Shown here: positions 1-12,439 of the stretch, one piece after another
Layout of the letters: each line of letters begins with the position of its first letter
Numbering within the stretch: the stretch's first letter is position 1
The notes under the pieces: model-generated
Database searches by the model: none
The model's input: the letters and a program-made list of their open reading frames with translations, nothing else
What the model was told of the DNA's origin: nothing
DNA from: Epiperipatus broadwayi
Lineage: Eukaryota; Animalia; Onychophora
DNA: 64,000 nucleotides
NCBI GenBank assembly: GCA_028023455.1
Contig: JAQFVV010000004.1
Span: forward strand, 19,034,001-19,098,000
Reading direction: 5' to 3'
Program-made: the position numbers and the translations under genes

Positions 1-720
1 GTTGATGAGTAAAAAATAAGACAGGAAGATTTGAATGGCATATAAGATCCACTTTTGATCATATCACAGATATAATGTGTATATATATGGCACTGAAATT
101 ATAATTTCCTTTTTCTCAATCACAAACTATTTCGTTTTTTTGTTTTTTTTTTATAGAGACGAGTTGCTTTAGCTTTATTTTATTAAGTGAAAGGAAGTAA
201 TTCTCATTTTATATGTCCATTTAATTTTAGTTATAAATTAGACAACTTAAATTAATGAAACTATAAGATAATAAAATAACTAAACATTTGAATCAAACAG
301 TGACAGATGAATGATTGAGAAGTTTTGATAAGATTTATTATACAATAATTTCTTTAGATAATTAGAAGCAGCTTTTTAGTAAGGAAAAGACACAAAAGAA
401 GCCTTCTTTGATTTCATTCTCATTAAGAAGCTAATATTTTATTGTATTAGAATGTCATGTTTCTTTTCAATAATACTGTACTTTACATTTTTAGAATAAA
501 GATAAATTATGCACACCAGTATGTACTTCTATACATAAATGGATATTGGTAGGATTATTTTAATTAAAGAGTAAATATATAAATATAATAAAACATATTA
601 ATAGTATTATAATTTCTGCTTTTTGTTCTTTTATGCATTGATTTATATTTATATAATATTTATACCATTATTCATTTTACAATACAATCTAGTAAAATAA
701 AATGTATTTCTTTACATTTG

Positions 721-789
721 TTTACAGTTTCACCTGTTCAGCAGTCTTCATCAGAGATCATCATGAAGACTGATGGACAATTGAAACCA
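721..789 (-). ncRNA. PLE-type minimal hammerhead motif (family E) plus partial inverted copy
   Basis: Minus strand of 721-756 reads CU-CUGAUGA-A-GACUG-cugaa-CAGGU-GAAAC-U-GUA. Core intact, stem II imperfect, stem I not recovered. 761-789 on plus is a decayed inverted copy (atgaa-gactg-atgga-caatt-gaaac). Confidence 0.55.
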
Positions 790-1574
790 TAGCAAATATA
801 AAGGAATAAATTTTATTTTATTAGATTGCATTGTAAAATGATTAATGAAAGTGTATATGGTACTATATAGACATATTAGCAGTATGCAGTGTTTCAATAT
901 ATATAAAATTATCTAATCAATTTGTTGACTGTATTAACTAGATAACAAATTACTACAACCAAGTAATAGGAACTGCTCACTTTTAATAGTAATATACCAA
1001 TGTTTGCTCCTTCTTGATACAATTTATTCTTTAATACCAATTTAGAGTCATATAATAAACTTTAAATTAGACTATTTAAATTAATAAACCTAAATAATAA
1101 AATAAGTAAACATTTGATTTAAAATGATAGTTGAATGCCAGAAGTTTGAATAAAGATTCATTATACAATACTAAAATAATTCAATGCTTTATTGTTTGGA
1201 GTTCATAAAATGTTTTAACATTGGAAGTGACAGGTGGAATTGCATTTTGTGATTCTTAAGTTTTAGAGTTCAACTCTCTATTACTGCATCAAATCATGCA
1301 GAGCATTATATGGTAATTTCTTTTAGATGATGAGAAACAGCTCTTTAGTAAGGAAAAGACAAAAATTCTTTGAAATTTAGAATCATATAAAATTAGTATC
1401 TATTAGAAAACTACTACTAATGATGATTAAGTGCTTTTTCCTATTGAAGTTTATATATCTTAAGAAATATAAATTTTGTTTTTATTTAGTATATAATCTT
1501 TAAATCAAATCACCCATTTTTTTAAATTTGTTGACTGCAAAGATGAATGCAATCTTACTTCATAATTTACTCTT

Positions 1575-1958
1575 GATTGCAATTCAAGAACTTGCAAGTG
1601 TCTCTGCATGTCCATCATTAAAATCATCTGTTAATTGAATGTAAACACTTGAAAGCAAAAAGGGTACAAATAATGAAGTTATGGAAGAATAAATATGAAT
1701 AAAGTGATTATACAGAAAGTGGGTTGTTGGTTTTTTTATGCTGGGTTTGGGAAAAGATAAGGGGGATTTAGATATAAATGCCATAGAGTTGACAGAGATT
1801 ATGTTGTGGAAATGGGATGGAGCAGATTATGGAAAATCTTAGGGTAGGGAATGGAAAGGGAAGGTAAAGTGGCTAACAGGTTTCTCTGGGCATAGTTGCT
1901 GAGAGATTCCTGACTCTGTTTAAGAAGAAGTCACAGTGCATCACATCACATCACATCA
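1575..1958 (+). mobile_element. 5'-truncated non-LTR retrotransposon 3' end (CCHC knuckle remnant, 3' UTR, (CATCA)n tail)
   Basis: Frameshifted C-x-C...HLLIEC..R motif near 1590-1660 and (CATCA)4 tail at 1939-1958. The 1785-1945 segment recurs at 32707-32884 with a similar tail. Confidence 0.55.
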
Positions 1959-4900
1959 GTCAACACTAAGACAATCCCAATTTCAATAACAATCAACAAT
2001 TCCAAACTGTTGTCAAGGCAACCTCTTTTTAACAATAAAGGTGGATGTCTGTGTATAAAATGCTAAATCATAGCATATATTACAAAATATGTGTTTTAAA
2101 ATAGTTTAATTTTAAAAATAAATATAAAAATTAGCTAAGACTAATTAAAAAATAATAAATATCTTATTAAAGATAAAAATAAATCGTGCCTGTAGATATA
2201 TACACTTTTTTTTTTACCAATCATAAAAGTTTCATTATAATGCAATCACAATTTTTCTTTAATCATTGGTCCATGAAAAAAATAATTAAATCAAAATATA
2301 TCCCAGGCTTTTATAATCTAGCTAAAAATAACTGACCACTGACCAATATTAGATGGTGAGTGCAAAAAGGGTTAATATTTTATAAAGATTTATAATTAAT
2401 TATTTGACTTTGGTCTGCTATTGGAGCTTTCTTGATAAAAGCCTAGCTAGAAGATAAAAAATATCCAAGTTCCATTCTAAATTTAAACCCCAAGTCATAG
2501 GCATGTCAGATTAGACCTTAACAACTACACTATAAGTTTCTTCAATTATTACTCAACTTTTTTCTTCAAAATGTTTAAAATAAAATTTATAATATACATT
2601 TATGGTAATCCATTTTAAATTTTTATAATAATAATGTGTGATCATTCCAACATAAATTATAGACAAAATAATAATTGCTCAGGTGGCCATGTGATGTTTG
2701 GACATTCTAGTGGCAGAATGAGCATTTAACAATTACATTACGCAGCTAAGAATCAATTCTAGAGTCTTTATCTCAGAGTTCATGCTCTGTCATAGTACTA
2801 AAGTGCTCACATCATGCTTACTTGTGGGCATTTTCTTGTTTACTATTCAATTTCTAAGATATTCTTTCAGCAGATAAACCAAATGTTAAGTTGACTTTCT
2901 TACTCATTATTATTGAGTTTTATCGGAAGACTGTAGTTTTAAATTCAGAAAATAGTATAAAAATATATTCATTAAGATTTTTAAAAAAAGAAACTATAAG
3001 TTAAAAAATAATTAAAAACAGTAAAGATAAAGACTTAAAGCAGAATGAATAACAACGTATATAGATATTAAACGAAGTTAAAAGCTAATACTTTCTTACT
3101 TTTTTTTTGTATGAATGATTAATGACAATATAGATATAGTTAATAAAAAAGCAAGGAAAAAAAAACGATTATCTATAATTAAAGTAAAATTTCGTATAAA
3201 AAGAATATATCAGTCAAATAACTGAAAGTTCTGAATATTGAAGAAAAAAGTTGCTGTTATTTTAGAGAAAAAATAAATATAACTAGATATTTTCATTTAG
3301 ATTAATGTAATGGCTTGCATGAGTTAACGGTGTAGTAGACTCCATGACTCAACACTTTTTTCATCGCTTTCAGGCACAAATATCGTATGATATCCCAAAT
3401 GATAAATCATTTTATTTTTTTAACCACAATTTCGAATAATTATGACCTCATACGTAATATTTAATTAAATATTGAAAGTAAGAAAAAGTACATGATTAGT
3501 ATAGTAGAACATTTTGTCGGTGTAAATATATATTAGCAACGTTATTAGAATATAGAATGGCTTAACTTAGTACATAGATAAAATAGGATGCTCTTTATAA
3601 GTTTACTGTTTTTATGGCTAGCAAAATAATCTTTTGACTGACAAAGTAAAAAAGAAAAAAGGTTTTCATTTTTCATTATTTACATGAATTAATCAAATTC
3701 GTCAAAATATCTTTTAAGACTTGAAGCTATTTTTGATCAGATTAGCCCTACGCAATTTAGCATCATAATAGGATGATGTTATATATTATTTCTAGATCAA
3801 AGATAAACTCAACACTTCTGATATTCAAATATCATATATATTTAATAACTAATCCATTAGATGTAATTTTATTTTATTTTTAAACTGATTTTTCAATTTT
3901 CCAATCATGTTTAACATAATTAATTTCTGTATGTTTAATTTTATTTATTCATCAAACTAAACTGATTTTTTTTTATTTACTTTAATATATTAAATGCACT
4001 GGTTATATAAATTTTGTTTTCTTGGTTTTTAATATACTCTCTCCCCTTCCCTAGATTAACAAAGTCATTTACTACGACTACTACTAATTAGCTTCTTTAC
4101 ACCGTGCAGTGGTATAGGACAGGTTTATGAGCTTAAGTTTTCTGGATCAATTTTTATCTGAATAAAATGAAAATAATCTTAGTTAGATCATTTAAATAAA
4201 ACTGCTACACTCAATTTGCTACTTTAATGTGAAATTAAAAATTTTGTAAGTCTACTTGCATATAATTAATATCAATTATTTTTAAATGAATTTTGAGTTG
4301 TAATTGTTTCCTCTTAAAATGGGTATTTTTATTTGAAAAAAAAAAAAACAGTCCTTAAAAACAAACAGCTTGTCAGCCACATTATATGAATACTCACTCT
4401 GCATGATTAAAGACATAGATTGGTAGGCTTTGGAAAAATCTATGGATCAGGTCTCAGCTCTAGAATTTCCGGTATTCAAATTTCTTATCTACTCCCGAGC
4501 CTTCGATTATAGTTCCATAAAAATATTTTACCCTATTATATGATTTTTTTTTCGCATAATAATTCTTTTTTTTTTAAAAAAAATACGTTTATTAATTCAA
4601 TGTAAAAAATATTAAAAATCTTATTTTTAACTTACAGTTTGAATGAAAATTATTTTTTAAAATTTTAAAGGATGTATTCTATTGTACAAATTTTGCTTTT
4701 TAATATAAGGAACTAAAAATAATAAAAGACTTCCTTTTTATAAACTTATAAATACATTTTTTTTATTCAAAACAATAAATTATCATATACCTTGATTTAT
4801 TATGGCTGTGATGAAATAAGGTGCAGCTCAATATTTAATAAAGTTAATAAGTTAACGGCGTCGAATGTCTTTTTAACAATATAATAGATGTCAGTCGATA

Positions 4901-5639
4901 TACTATTTTGCTTAAATAGTTTTTAATAAGGTATTTTACCTATTTGAGCATTAAGAACTTAGTAAAACATAGCATTTGGAATCTAGATTTGTCTATCTAT
5001 TCATCTTGTCTGTTTGCTTGCCAGTCTACCAACTAACTTACTATCTATATATTTACCTATTCACCTATCTACTTACTACAGTGAGACAGAAAGATGTAAA
5101 TAGATTTAAAAAAAAAAAATGTTTCTTGAAATTATAGTAAAAATTTGAAAATACATTAATTCAAAATAGAATATTCTGAAATGCATGTCAAAAGTTTTAA
5201 AACATGTTATAAGAACTTTTATCATATTTTCAGATTGAATTAACATTTACAATTCTTTTTACATCATCATTCTTTTCTATAGCCTTTTATGAAAGCAAAA
5301 CTAATGTTAATACTAAACAGTGAACAGATCCTAATGATTGGTAATCATTAGATAGGAGAACTGCATTGCATATAGTTATCTTTATTTTCATTATGCTATT
5401 CAAACTTTAAAATATTCAGATATCTTAGCAAAACCAATTTACTTATCCAGACTTGATGCTAGATTAAAAACTATATATTTTTCTTACCTCATTATATAAT
5501 TACTATATAAACTTTTAATTTTTTTACGAAGAAATAATATTTACTAAAACAAAAAGGTTAAGTTCAATACTTAAGCTGGTAAATTTTATGTCATTAGCTT
5601 GAATAACATAAAAATAAAGATGATGCTATATGGATAAGT

Positions 5640-5750
5640 ACAATCCAGTAATTCTCACTAATTAAAGCCAATAGCCAGAAACCAAATTGTGTATCTGGTA
5701 GGTATTATCCTCTAATATCCATGGACAGTAAAACTGCAATGATTTTGCAC
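5640..5750 (-). pseudogene. Small RTE-like RT fragment
   Basis: Minus translation KIIAVLL...YLPDTQFGF resembles the RTE LPESQCGFR region. Short and decayed. Confidence 0.35.
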
Positions 5751-6299
5751 CCCACCACCCCCAATAAAAAAGATAATGAAATCAAACAAAATACTTTAAC
5801 AAAACAGCAACTGATTTTCCTAGCTTACACTTGACATCTACATTATCAACCATAGTACAATCTACATTATTCTACCCTAAAGCTATCCAAGCATAGAAAT
5901 ACAGTATTTTTTGATGATAAGGCGGATGTTAAATGTAAACTATAAAATCGTTTGCTGTTTTGTTTTAGTTAACAGGTTGAAATAATTTCAATAAATTATT
6001 TGTTGATTTTTTTTTACCTTTTTCTTTTTGTGTATGTGGAAGTAAAAACCAGATACTTTTTATTATTCATGACAAATTTTGTTTTTCGTAAAATTTGTAG
6101 TATAAGAAGGAGTATATTTGTAGAAAAATTGTTATTTTTTGAATGGAATGATACTGCTAAAACTGCTACATATGTAATTAAATGGTTCATCATTAAAGAG
6201 GTCACATGACCAATGGGCAGTATACTGAAAAAGTAGACTTAAAGAAACTTGAACCCACCATTCTACCATGCAATAAACTATATAGGGCTACTAAATCAG

Positions 6300-6540
6300 C
6301 ATTTAAAAGGTGAAATAAAACAAACAGTACTCTAATAAGATTGGTATGTAATAAGTAGGCAATATGTTAAGCCAGGAACTCAGATATGGCATAATTGCAT
6401 ATATCATTTCCAGTCTTCTTATACACTTATCAAAACTATTTTTACACCAAAACTTTGCTACAATTTTGACTGTCCTGCAGTCATTATCAATACATAAGGA
6501 AAGGAGAAAGTGGAGTTCATTAAATATTATTAAATTAATC
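6300..6540 (-). mobile_element. Decayed PLE pseudo-LTR (family E) with degenerate hammerhead at 6457-6491
   Basis: Minus strand UUGAUAAU-GACUG-cagga-CAGUC-AAAAUUGUA. Flanks match 50370-50530 (both give K/RFWCKN..KCIR.LE in the ORF track). Confidence 0.55.
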
Positions 6541-7080
6541 AAATGGCTTATTGCTCAAGAATTCATAAAAAAAATTTGAATACTGAAAGTGGCAAGGCTA
6601 AACTGCAGTTCATTGTCATCGAACTCCAAAGCCATTAAGTCAAATTTTTTTAAAAGCAGTTAATTATTTAAAGCATTAGCAATTCAACCTACTTTTGGAA
6701 AAAAAAAGAATTTTAGCTTTACAGTTTTTTAATATAGGAAATGCTTTGGTTTCTGAGAAAACGAATTTAAATCATATTGTATTTTGTCTAGAACATCTTT
6801 ATTTGTGTAATCAAATGGCTTATTGCTCAGGAATTCATAAAAAAAATTTGAATACTGAAAGTGGCAAGGCTAAACTGCAGTTCATTGTCATTGAACTCCA
6901 AAACCATTAAGTCAAAATTTTTTAAAAGCAGTTAATTATTTAAAGCATTAGCAATTCAACCTACTTTTGAAAAAAAAAAAAAGAATTTTAGCTTTACAGT
7001 TTTTTTATATAGGAAATGCTTTGGTTTTTGAGAAAATGAATTTAAATCATATCATATTTTATCTAGAATATCTTTATTTA
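6538..7080. repeat. Tandem duplication, 271-bp period, two copies
   Basis: aatcaaatggcttattgctca...gaatactgaaagtggcaaggctaaactgcag starts at 6538 and again at 6809, near-identical. Confidence 0.9.
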
Positions 7081-7444
7081 CGTAATGTTTTTGATTTATA
7101 GCAATGGAAAATATATAATATACTAAGAACCTACTTTAAAAAAATATATTTTAATGTCTGATTTAAATATGGTTGGCCATAATTATTTGAATAACTCAGT
7201 ATTCACAAAAATACACAAATATTTGATTATTCTATTTTTAAAGTTGCTAAGCATTAAATCATTATTTGAATGTCCAGTGCAGTTTAGAGTTGTGATAGAG
7301 TAGCTAACCCAAAAGCTAAATAAAGTATTAAAAAATTATACTTATGCCAATTGAGAAAAAATACTATGCTCTAACTATCTCTTGCATGAATAAATTTTAT
7401 GTGACATCCCAAAGCAATTAACCTTATGATTATGATTATTATTA

Positions 7445-7550
7445 TTATATTAATATCATTTATGTTCTTTATTACTTTTTACAACCCATTATGACAGTTT
7501 TGATTGCCCCCACAATCTTCTTCAGAACTTTTACTGATATTCAGAGAAAA
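7445..7550 (-). mobile_element. PLE pseudo-LTR fragment (family D) with degenerate hammerhead 7490-7528
   Basis: Minus strand GUU-CUGAAGA-A-GAUUG-uggggg-CAAUC-AAAAC-U-GUC (G12 mutated to A). Homologous to 39432-39530. Confidence 0.6.
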
Positions 7551-8221
7551 TCTTGAAAATATTAAATACAACTTTAATGCAATTTCAGTGCTGAGTACCA
7601 CAATTAATAAAAGTCATAAATATTTTAAAGCTTTTCTCTGAGTTTACATCTTATTTGTAGATCTTTAATTTGTTACATTTTAGTGATGGAGTTATCATAA
7701 TTATTTATGAAGAAATATTAAAACTTTTAGAAAGATATTTTAAAATCTCAGTTATCCATCTTTTTAAAAATAAATCTTGTCATTATATAAACAGTTTTTG
7801 TAGGATAATAAAGAATATAAAATATGCATTTAACTCACATTTAATCAGAATTTATATATACTGCTTACATTTATTTGGCAAGTATTCAAACATATTCAAC
7901 ACCAACACAAATATGTACTAAATTAATACATACATTGAAGAGCAATCATTTGGTGATCATGTTATGTTTAGTGGTTTAATACCAATCCTGCCTAATAGAA
8001 TAATGGTAGCTATGGTTATTAAAGAACCAAAGACACCAAAATGTATGGGTACTGAACTAAGTTGAGACCTATATGACTATAAAAGCCTATGATCTTGGAT
8101 TGAAAATATTGTTTTCAAATTTTAGACTCATAGTTTTATGGTTAAGTAGAGATAAAAGGTGGTTGCTAGAGGGTTGCATTAGATCCTAAGATCTTGGTGC
8201 AGTGCTCCCAGATCCAAGGCT

Positions 8222-8261
8222 CCTCACTGATGAAAGCCACAAGTTAGAAACTAGTCTGGGG
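8222..8261 (+). ncRNA. Minimal type I hammerhead ribozyme (family F), intact core
   Basis: CCUCA-CUGAUGA-AAGC-cacaa-GUUA-GAAAC-ua-GUC-UGGGG. Stem I CCUCA/UGGGG; palindromic stem III ACUAGU. Lies in a repeat copy (about 8175-8320) homologous to 22730-22870. Confidence 0.8.
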
Positions 8262-9749
8262 ATATTGGAAGAGTAGACACTAGATAGGCATTTTATGCAC
8301 AAACTTTCTGGCATCCATTGAATACTCTGACGTAAATCTTATATTCTCTTTGGTTTTGATAAATATAGAACAGTCTTTAGATTATCATAAAGTTAAAAGT
8401 TTAATATTAAATCTGTTGGTTTTAGTAGATATTCAATATTTTCCATGTATTGTATCCATTTCCTGAAAGAATATCTTTGAAAATATTTGGATATATGAGT
8501 AAATAATATGAAGATGTTTCAATCTTATTGCAAAAAATTTTCTTAAAAAACAACAACTTATGATTGAAGTCTCCTTGTTACCAAGATGTTCAACACTTGT
8601 TCCATTCTTTTTTTTTTTTTGTATTGCTTATGTCAAATCTTTTTAAAAAAAAATTAAACTCCTACTAATGCACTTCATAATGCTTTATTTAGTTCTATAA
8701 CACAGTCAATTATTGAATTATGATTTTGTTGATTAATACTTATATCTAAATATATATAATTAAAATATCTAGTTCTTTTGTAATTATCTATATGATGAAC
8801 ATCAGAGATATTAAGTACTGTATATGCTTAATTGCTGAGACAAAACTGCCATTTTGTTTAGTTTCAGAAACAGTCATTGTTCAATATTAATTAACAAAAT
8901 GATAATTTGATAATTGAGTTTTAGATCATAAGTTCATTTTTAACACACAACAAACAGAAGACTTACCAGTAAGTAATATAGTGGCATTTCTTAAGTGGTC
9001 ATTTATGTCTACAAAATAAACAAGATTAATATAAACAAGATAAAAATATGTGACCAACATTACACGTTTCTAAAACTTAAAAAAATATAGAATACATTGC
9101 TAAGGTAGAGAGAACACATTAGTAATTTCATACTTTATTGACAATATTATTCCCAAGGGTCTAAGAATAAAAATTAATCCCAATATAACTTCCTAATGAA
9201 TATAAGATTAAATAGAATAGTGCATTACAACAAATATCCACCACCCTAATATATATTCTTAAAGATGGGATAGGTTTAAAATTATAAATTTTTGTAATCA
9301 CATTTTAATGAAAATAAATGGACATAAACTATTATAGGAATGGATTGATTCAAAAGAAAGACTGTTGTTAAGACAACTCCATAGAAAAGTGATTCATTGG
9401 TTTAAAGTTGAATTTTCTAACAAGTCAGAGTAGAGTTTTAAACTAGATATTAATCATTCTGAATCTAATAAAATTGTTGATAATCTTAATGTGTCAAACG
9501 TACCTGTATTTAAAATATTACAAACAGTAGTGATTTGAGTACTTATATCATCAAACTATTTATATCCATTTCTGATACATCAAATAGTGATATAGGGTTA
9601 TTATTTCATCTATTAAATATACCTAATAGCATTGACTTATCCAAGATTTGTGTCTACTAACTTTTCTATGTGTAATCACAACATTCTAATCATCCAACAG
9701 CTCCATATATCTAATACTATCTGAAATCTCTTGATTTAATTAAAAATAA

Positions 9750-10750
9750 ATATGACAATGTTAATATTTATTTAATGCAATACTTAGTGATGCAGAATGT
9801 TCATTATTATAAAAGGTTTATCCTTTTTCCCAACAGTTCAATATATTAGCAGAGCGAATTTAAAATATATTGGGACTTAGATAATTTTTCTAGGATTCAG
9901 ATTAATAATTTTTTTTGGAAATAACATATGCAACACCATTTATAAAATTGATCTGGAATGGACATTTCTAATCAGAAAAATATATAACTTGACACATACA
10001 TTGATAATGTCTATCAGGATATTAATAAAGCAATTAAGCTTAAATATTATAACAAACACAAAAGCAATTTAACATTAAATGAAAAATATGCATTATATAA
10101 TTTGGAAAATAAAGACATTATTATAAAACTATCTGACAAAGGAGGAATGATAGTAATTGGGAATGAAGATAATTTCATAAATAAAGCTTTGTTTTTTTTA
10201 AATGACAAAAAAAATTATGGCAAATAAATTATTTAAAATATACTTTCCAGCCTGAAAGATATGAAAACAAAATATATCCAGTAAGTTTAATATTTTACCC
10301 AAAGTCCACAAATCTGGATGCCCTGGCAAGTCTATAGTAGCAAGCAGTGCTTGTCTTATAGAAAGTATTTCAAAATTTGTTGGTGGCCTTATACATACCA
10401 CATACTTTTTTTTTTAATTTTACAAACCATCAAATGTCAACTACCAAATGAATGTTTTTTACTAAGTTTAGAAATTACATCTTTGTATACTAATATATCT
10501 CAAATGATGGAATTGAAGCTATTAAATCTGCTTTACAAAAGAAAGTAAATTGTGACTATTACTGAATTAGTGTGTTTAATCTTAAAAAATTATTATTTTG
10601 TTTTTAACTCTACATATTATTTATGAAAGCAAGATACTACAAAGGGTAAAAAAATGGTGCCAAATTATGTCATTTTCATGGCCCAACTGGAAATCTCTAA
10701 CTTAAAAATGCTGGAGCTTAAATCTTCTACTTGGCTTACATATATCCTGT
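9750..10750 (+). pseudogene. Decayed Penelope-like element ORF (N-terminal region and RT)
   Basis: Ordered PLE motifs across frameshifts and stops: LSDAECSLL/KGLSFFPT (9783-9835), IIIKLSDKGG (about 10117-10146), LPKVHKSGCPG (10295-10327), ITSLYTNI, NYYFVFNSTYY, then truncation near the W.RY(IDD) motif. Confidence 0.85.
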
Positions 10751-10999
10751 AAAAGTGACTTACAACCAACAACTCACCTGCTCTAATCTATACCATACTA
10801 AGCCTAACCAAGTAATTATCAAATAACAGTTATCCTTTGTCAAACACACCCACATATATATATGAAAAACAAAAAACAAGTTAAAAACTTGCTAATGCTT
10901 GTATTTATGTCAACAGATGGCGTTCTACCAAAAACACCATCAAGCATATGTTTACATAAACGTCAGAGCAAGCATTCACTATCTCTAACTTTAAATCCA

Positions 11000-11043
11000 C
11001 TTTCAGATCATGATTTCAAGCTATTTGCTATCATCAGTGAAAG
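11000..11043 (-). ncRNA. Minimal type I hammerhead ribozyme (family A), intact
   Basis: CUUUCA-CUGAUGA-UAGC-aaaua-GCUU-GAAAU-caug-AUC-UGAAAG. 6-bp stem I, palindromic AUCAUGAU, AUC cleavage triplet. Confidence 0.88.
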
Positions 11044-11397
11044 ACAGGAATTTTAGAAACTAGATCTAAACACAAACTCTGAGTGTTTATGAAACAGTTT
11101 CTATTCAGCTTGCAAGCGTGAATCTTTTAGACATGTAATGTCTTCAAACTCAGCATAGCAAGCCAGATAGCTATATGGGTCTGATCTCAGTTCAGCATCA
11201 CCACATAGTAGAAGCCTCTGCAATATATATCATTGCTAGAAAGACCTCAAAGGTACATTTATGAAAACAAAAAACAAGTTAAAAACTTGCTAATGCTTGT
11301 ATTTATGTCAACAGATGGCATTCTACCAAAAACACCATCAAGCGTATGTTTACATAAACGTCAGAGCAAGCATTCACTATCTCTAACTTTAATTCCA

Positions 11398-11441
11398 CTT
11401 TCAGATCACGATTTCAAGCTATTTTCTATCATCAGTGAAAG
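11398..11441 (-). ncRNA. Hammerhead ribozyme (family A), core intact, stem II weakened
   Basis: CUUUCA-CUGAUGA-UAGA-aaaua-GCUU-GAAAU-cgug-AUC-UGAAAG. Confidence 0.8.
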
Positions 11442-11760
11442 ACAGGAATTTTAGAAACTAGATCTAAACACAAACTCTGAGCGTTTATGAAACAGTTTCT
11501 ATTCAGCTTGCAAGCGTGAATCTTTTAGACACGTAATGTCTTCAAACTCAGCATAGCAAGCCAGATAGCTATATGGGTCTGACCTCAGTTCAGCATCACC
11601 ACATAGTAGAAGCCTCTGCAATATATATCATAGCTATCTGGCTTGCTATGCTGAGTTTGAAGACATTACGTGTCTAAAAGATTCACGCTTGCAAGCTGAA
11701 TAGAAACTGTTTCATAAACGCTCAGAGTTTGTGTTTAGATCTAGTTTCTAAAATTCCTGT

Positions 11761-11804
11761 CTTTCACTGATGATAGAAAATAGCTTGAAATCATGATCTG
11801 AAAG
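11761..11804 (+). ncRNA. Hammerhead ribozyme (family A), core intact, stem II weakened
   Basis: ctttca-ctgatga-taga-aaata-gctt-gaaat-catg-atc-tgaaag. Predicted cleavage after C11798. Confidence 0.8.
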
Positions 11805-12160
11805 TGGAATTAAAGTTAGAGATAGTGAATGCTTGCTCTGACGTTTATGTAAACATACGCTTGATGGTGTTTTGTAGAACGCCATCTGTTGACATAAATA
11901 CAAGCGTTAGCAAGTTTTTAACTTGTTTTTTGTTTTTCATAAATGTACCTTTGAGGTCTTTCTAGCAATGATATATATTGCAGAGGTTTCTACTATGTGG
12001 TGATGCTGAACTGAGATCAGACCCATATAGCTATCTGGCTTGCTACGCTGAGTTTGAAGACATTGCGTGTCTAATAAAAGATTCACGCTTGCAAGCTGAA
12101 TAGAAACTGTTTCATAAATGCTCAGAGTTTGTGTTTAGATCTAGTTTCTAAAATTCCTGT

Positions 12161-12204
12161 CTTTCACTGATGATAGCAAATAGCTTGAAATCATGATCTG
12201 AAAG
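12161..12204 (+). ncRNA. Minimal type I hammerhead ribozyme (family A), intact
   Basis: ctttca-ctgatga-tagc-aaata-gctt-gaaat-catg-atc-tgaaag. Predicted cleavage after C12198. Confidence 0.88.
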
Positions 12205-12439
12205 TGGAATTAAAGTTAGAGATAGTGAATGCTTGCTCTGACGTTTATGTAAACATATGCTTGACGGTGTTTTTGGTAGAATGCCATCTATTGACATATA
12301 TATATACGCAAAACATCGCAATAAACAAATTATTATTTTTTAAAAAGAAAAAAGATAAAGTTTTAGATTTCTATAATAAAATAAATAAATACACACATAT
12401 ATACATAATATGTCTAATTACAAGTGTCCTTAACTAACC

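Larger units (their letters stand above)
10857..12297. mobile_element. Retrozyme-like array (family A): about 400-bp hammerhead-containing units, tandem on minus then tandem on plus, forming a 1.4-kb palindrome
   Basis: Unit period 398 (11000 to 11398) and 400 (11761 to 12161). Inverted arms about 10904-11572 and 11630-12297 with a roughly 57-bp spacer. Both outer ends fall in (TA)n. Confidence 0.9.

Noticed and set aside
4790-4812. Possible Tc1-like TIR (taccttgatttattatggctgtg)
   Set aside because: No convincing partner TIR found.
10862-11454. Track ORFs MKNKKQVKNLL... (two copies), and a plus-strand reading NVFKLS..SYMGLTS resembling GIY-YIG
   Set aside because: They are antisense to the hammerhead, short, and need a frameshift shared by families A and B. 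A remote PLE origin is not excluded, but it is unsupported as coding.
11972-12103. 43-codon open frame on the ribozyme strand of the family A monomer (…YSYLACYAEFEDI…)
   Set aside because: No ATG, and the equivalent family B frame has stops. The similarity is explained by nucleotide homology.
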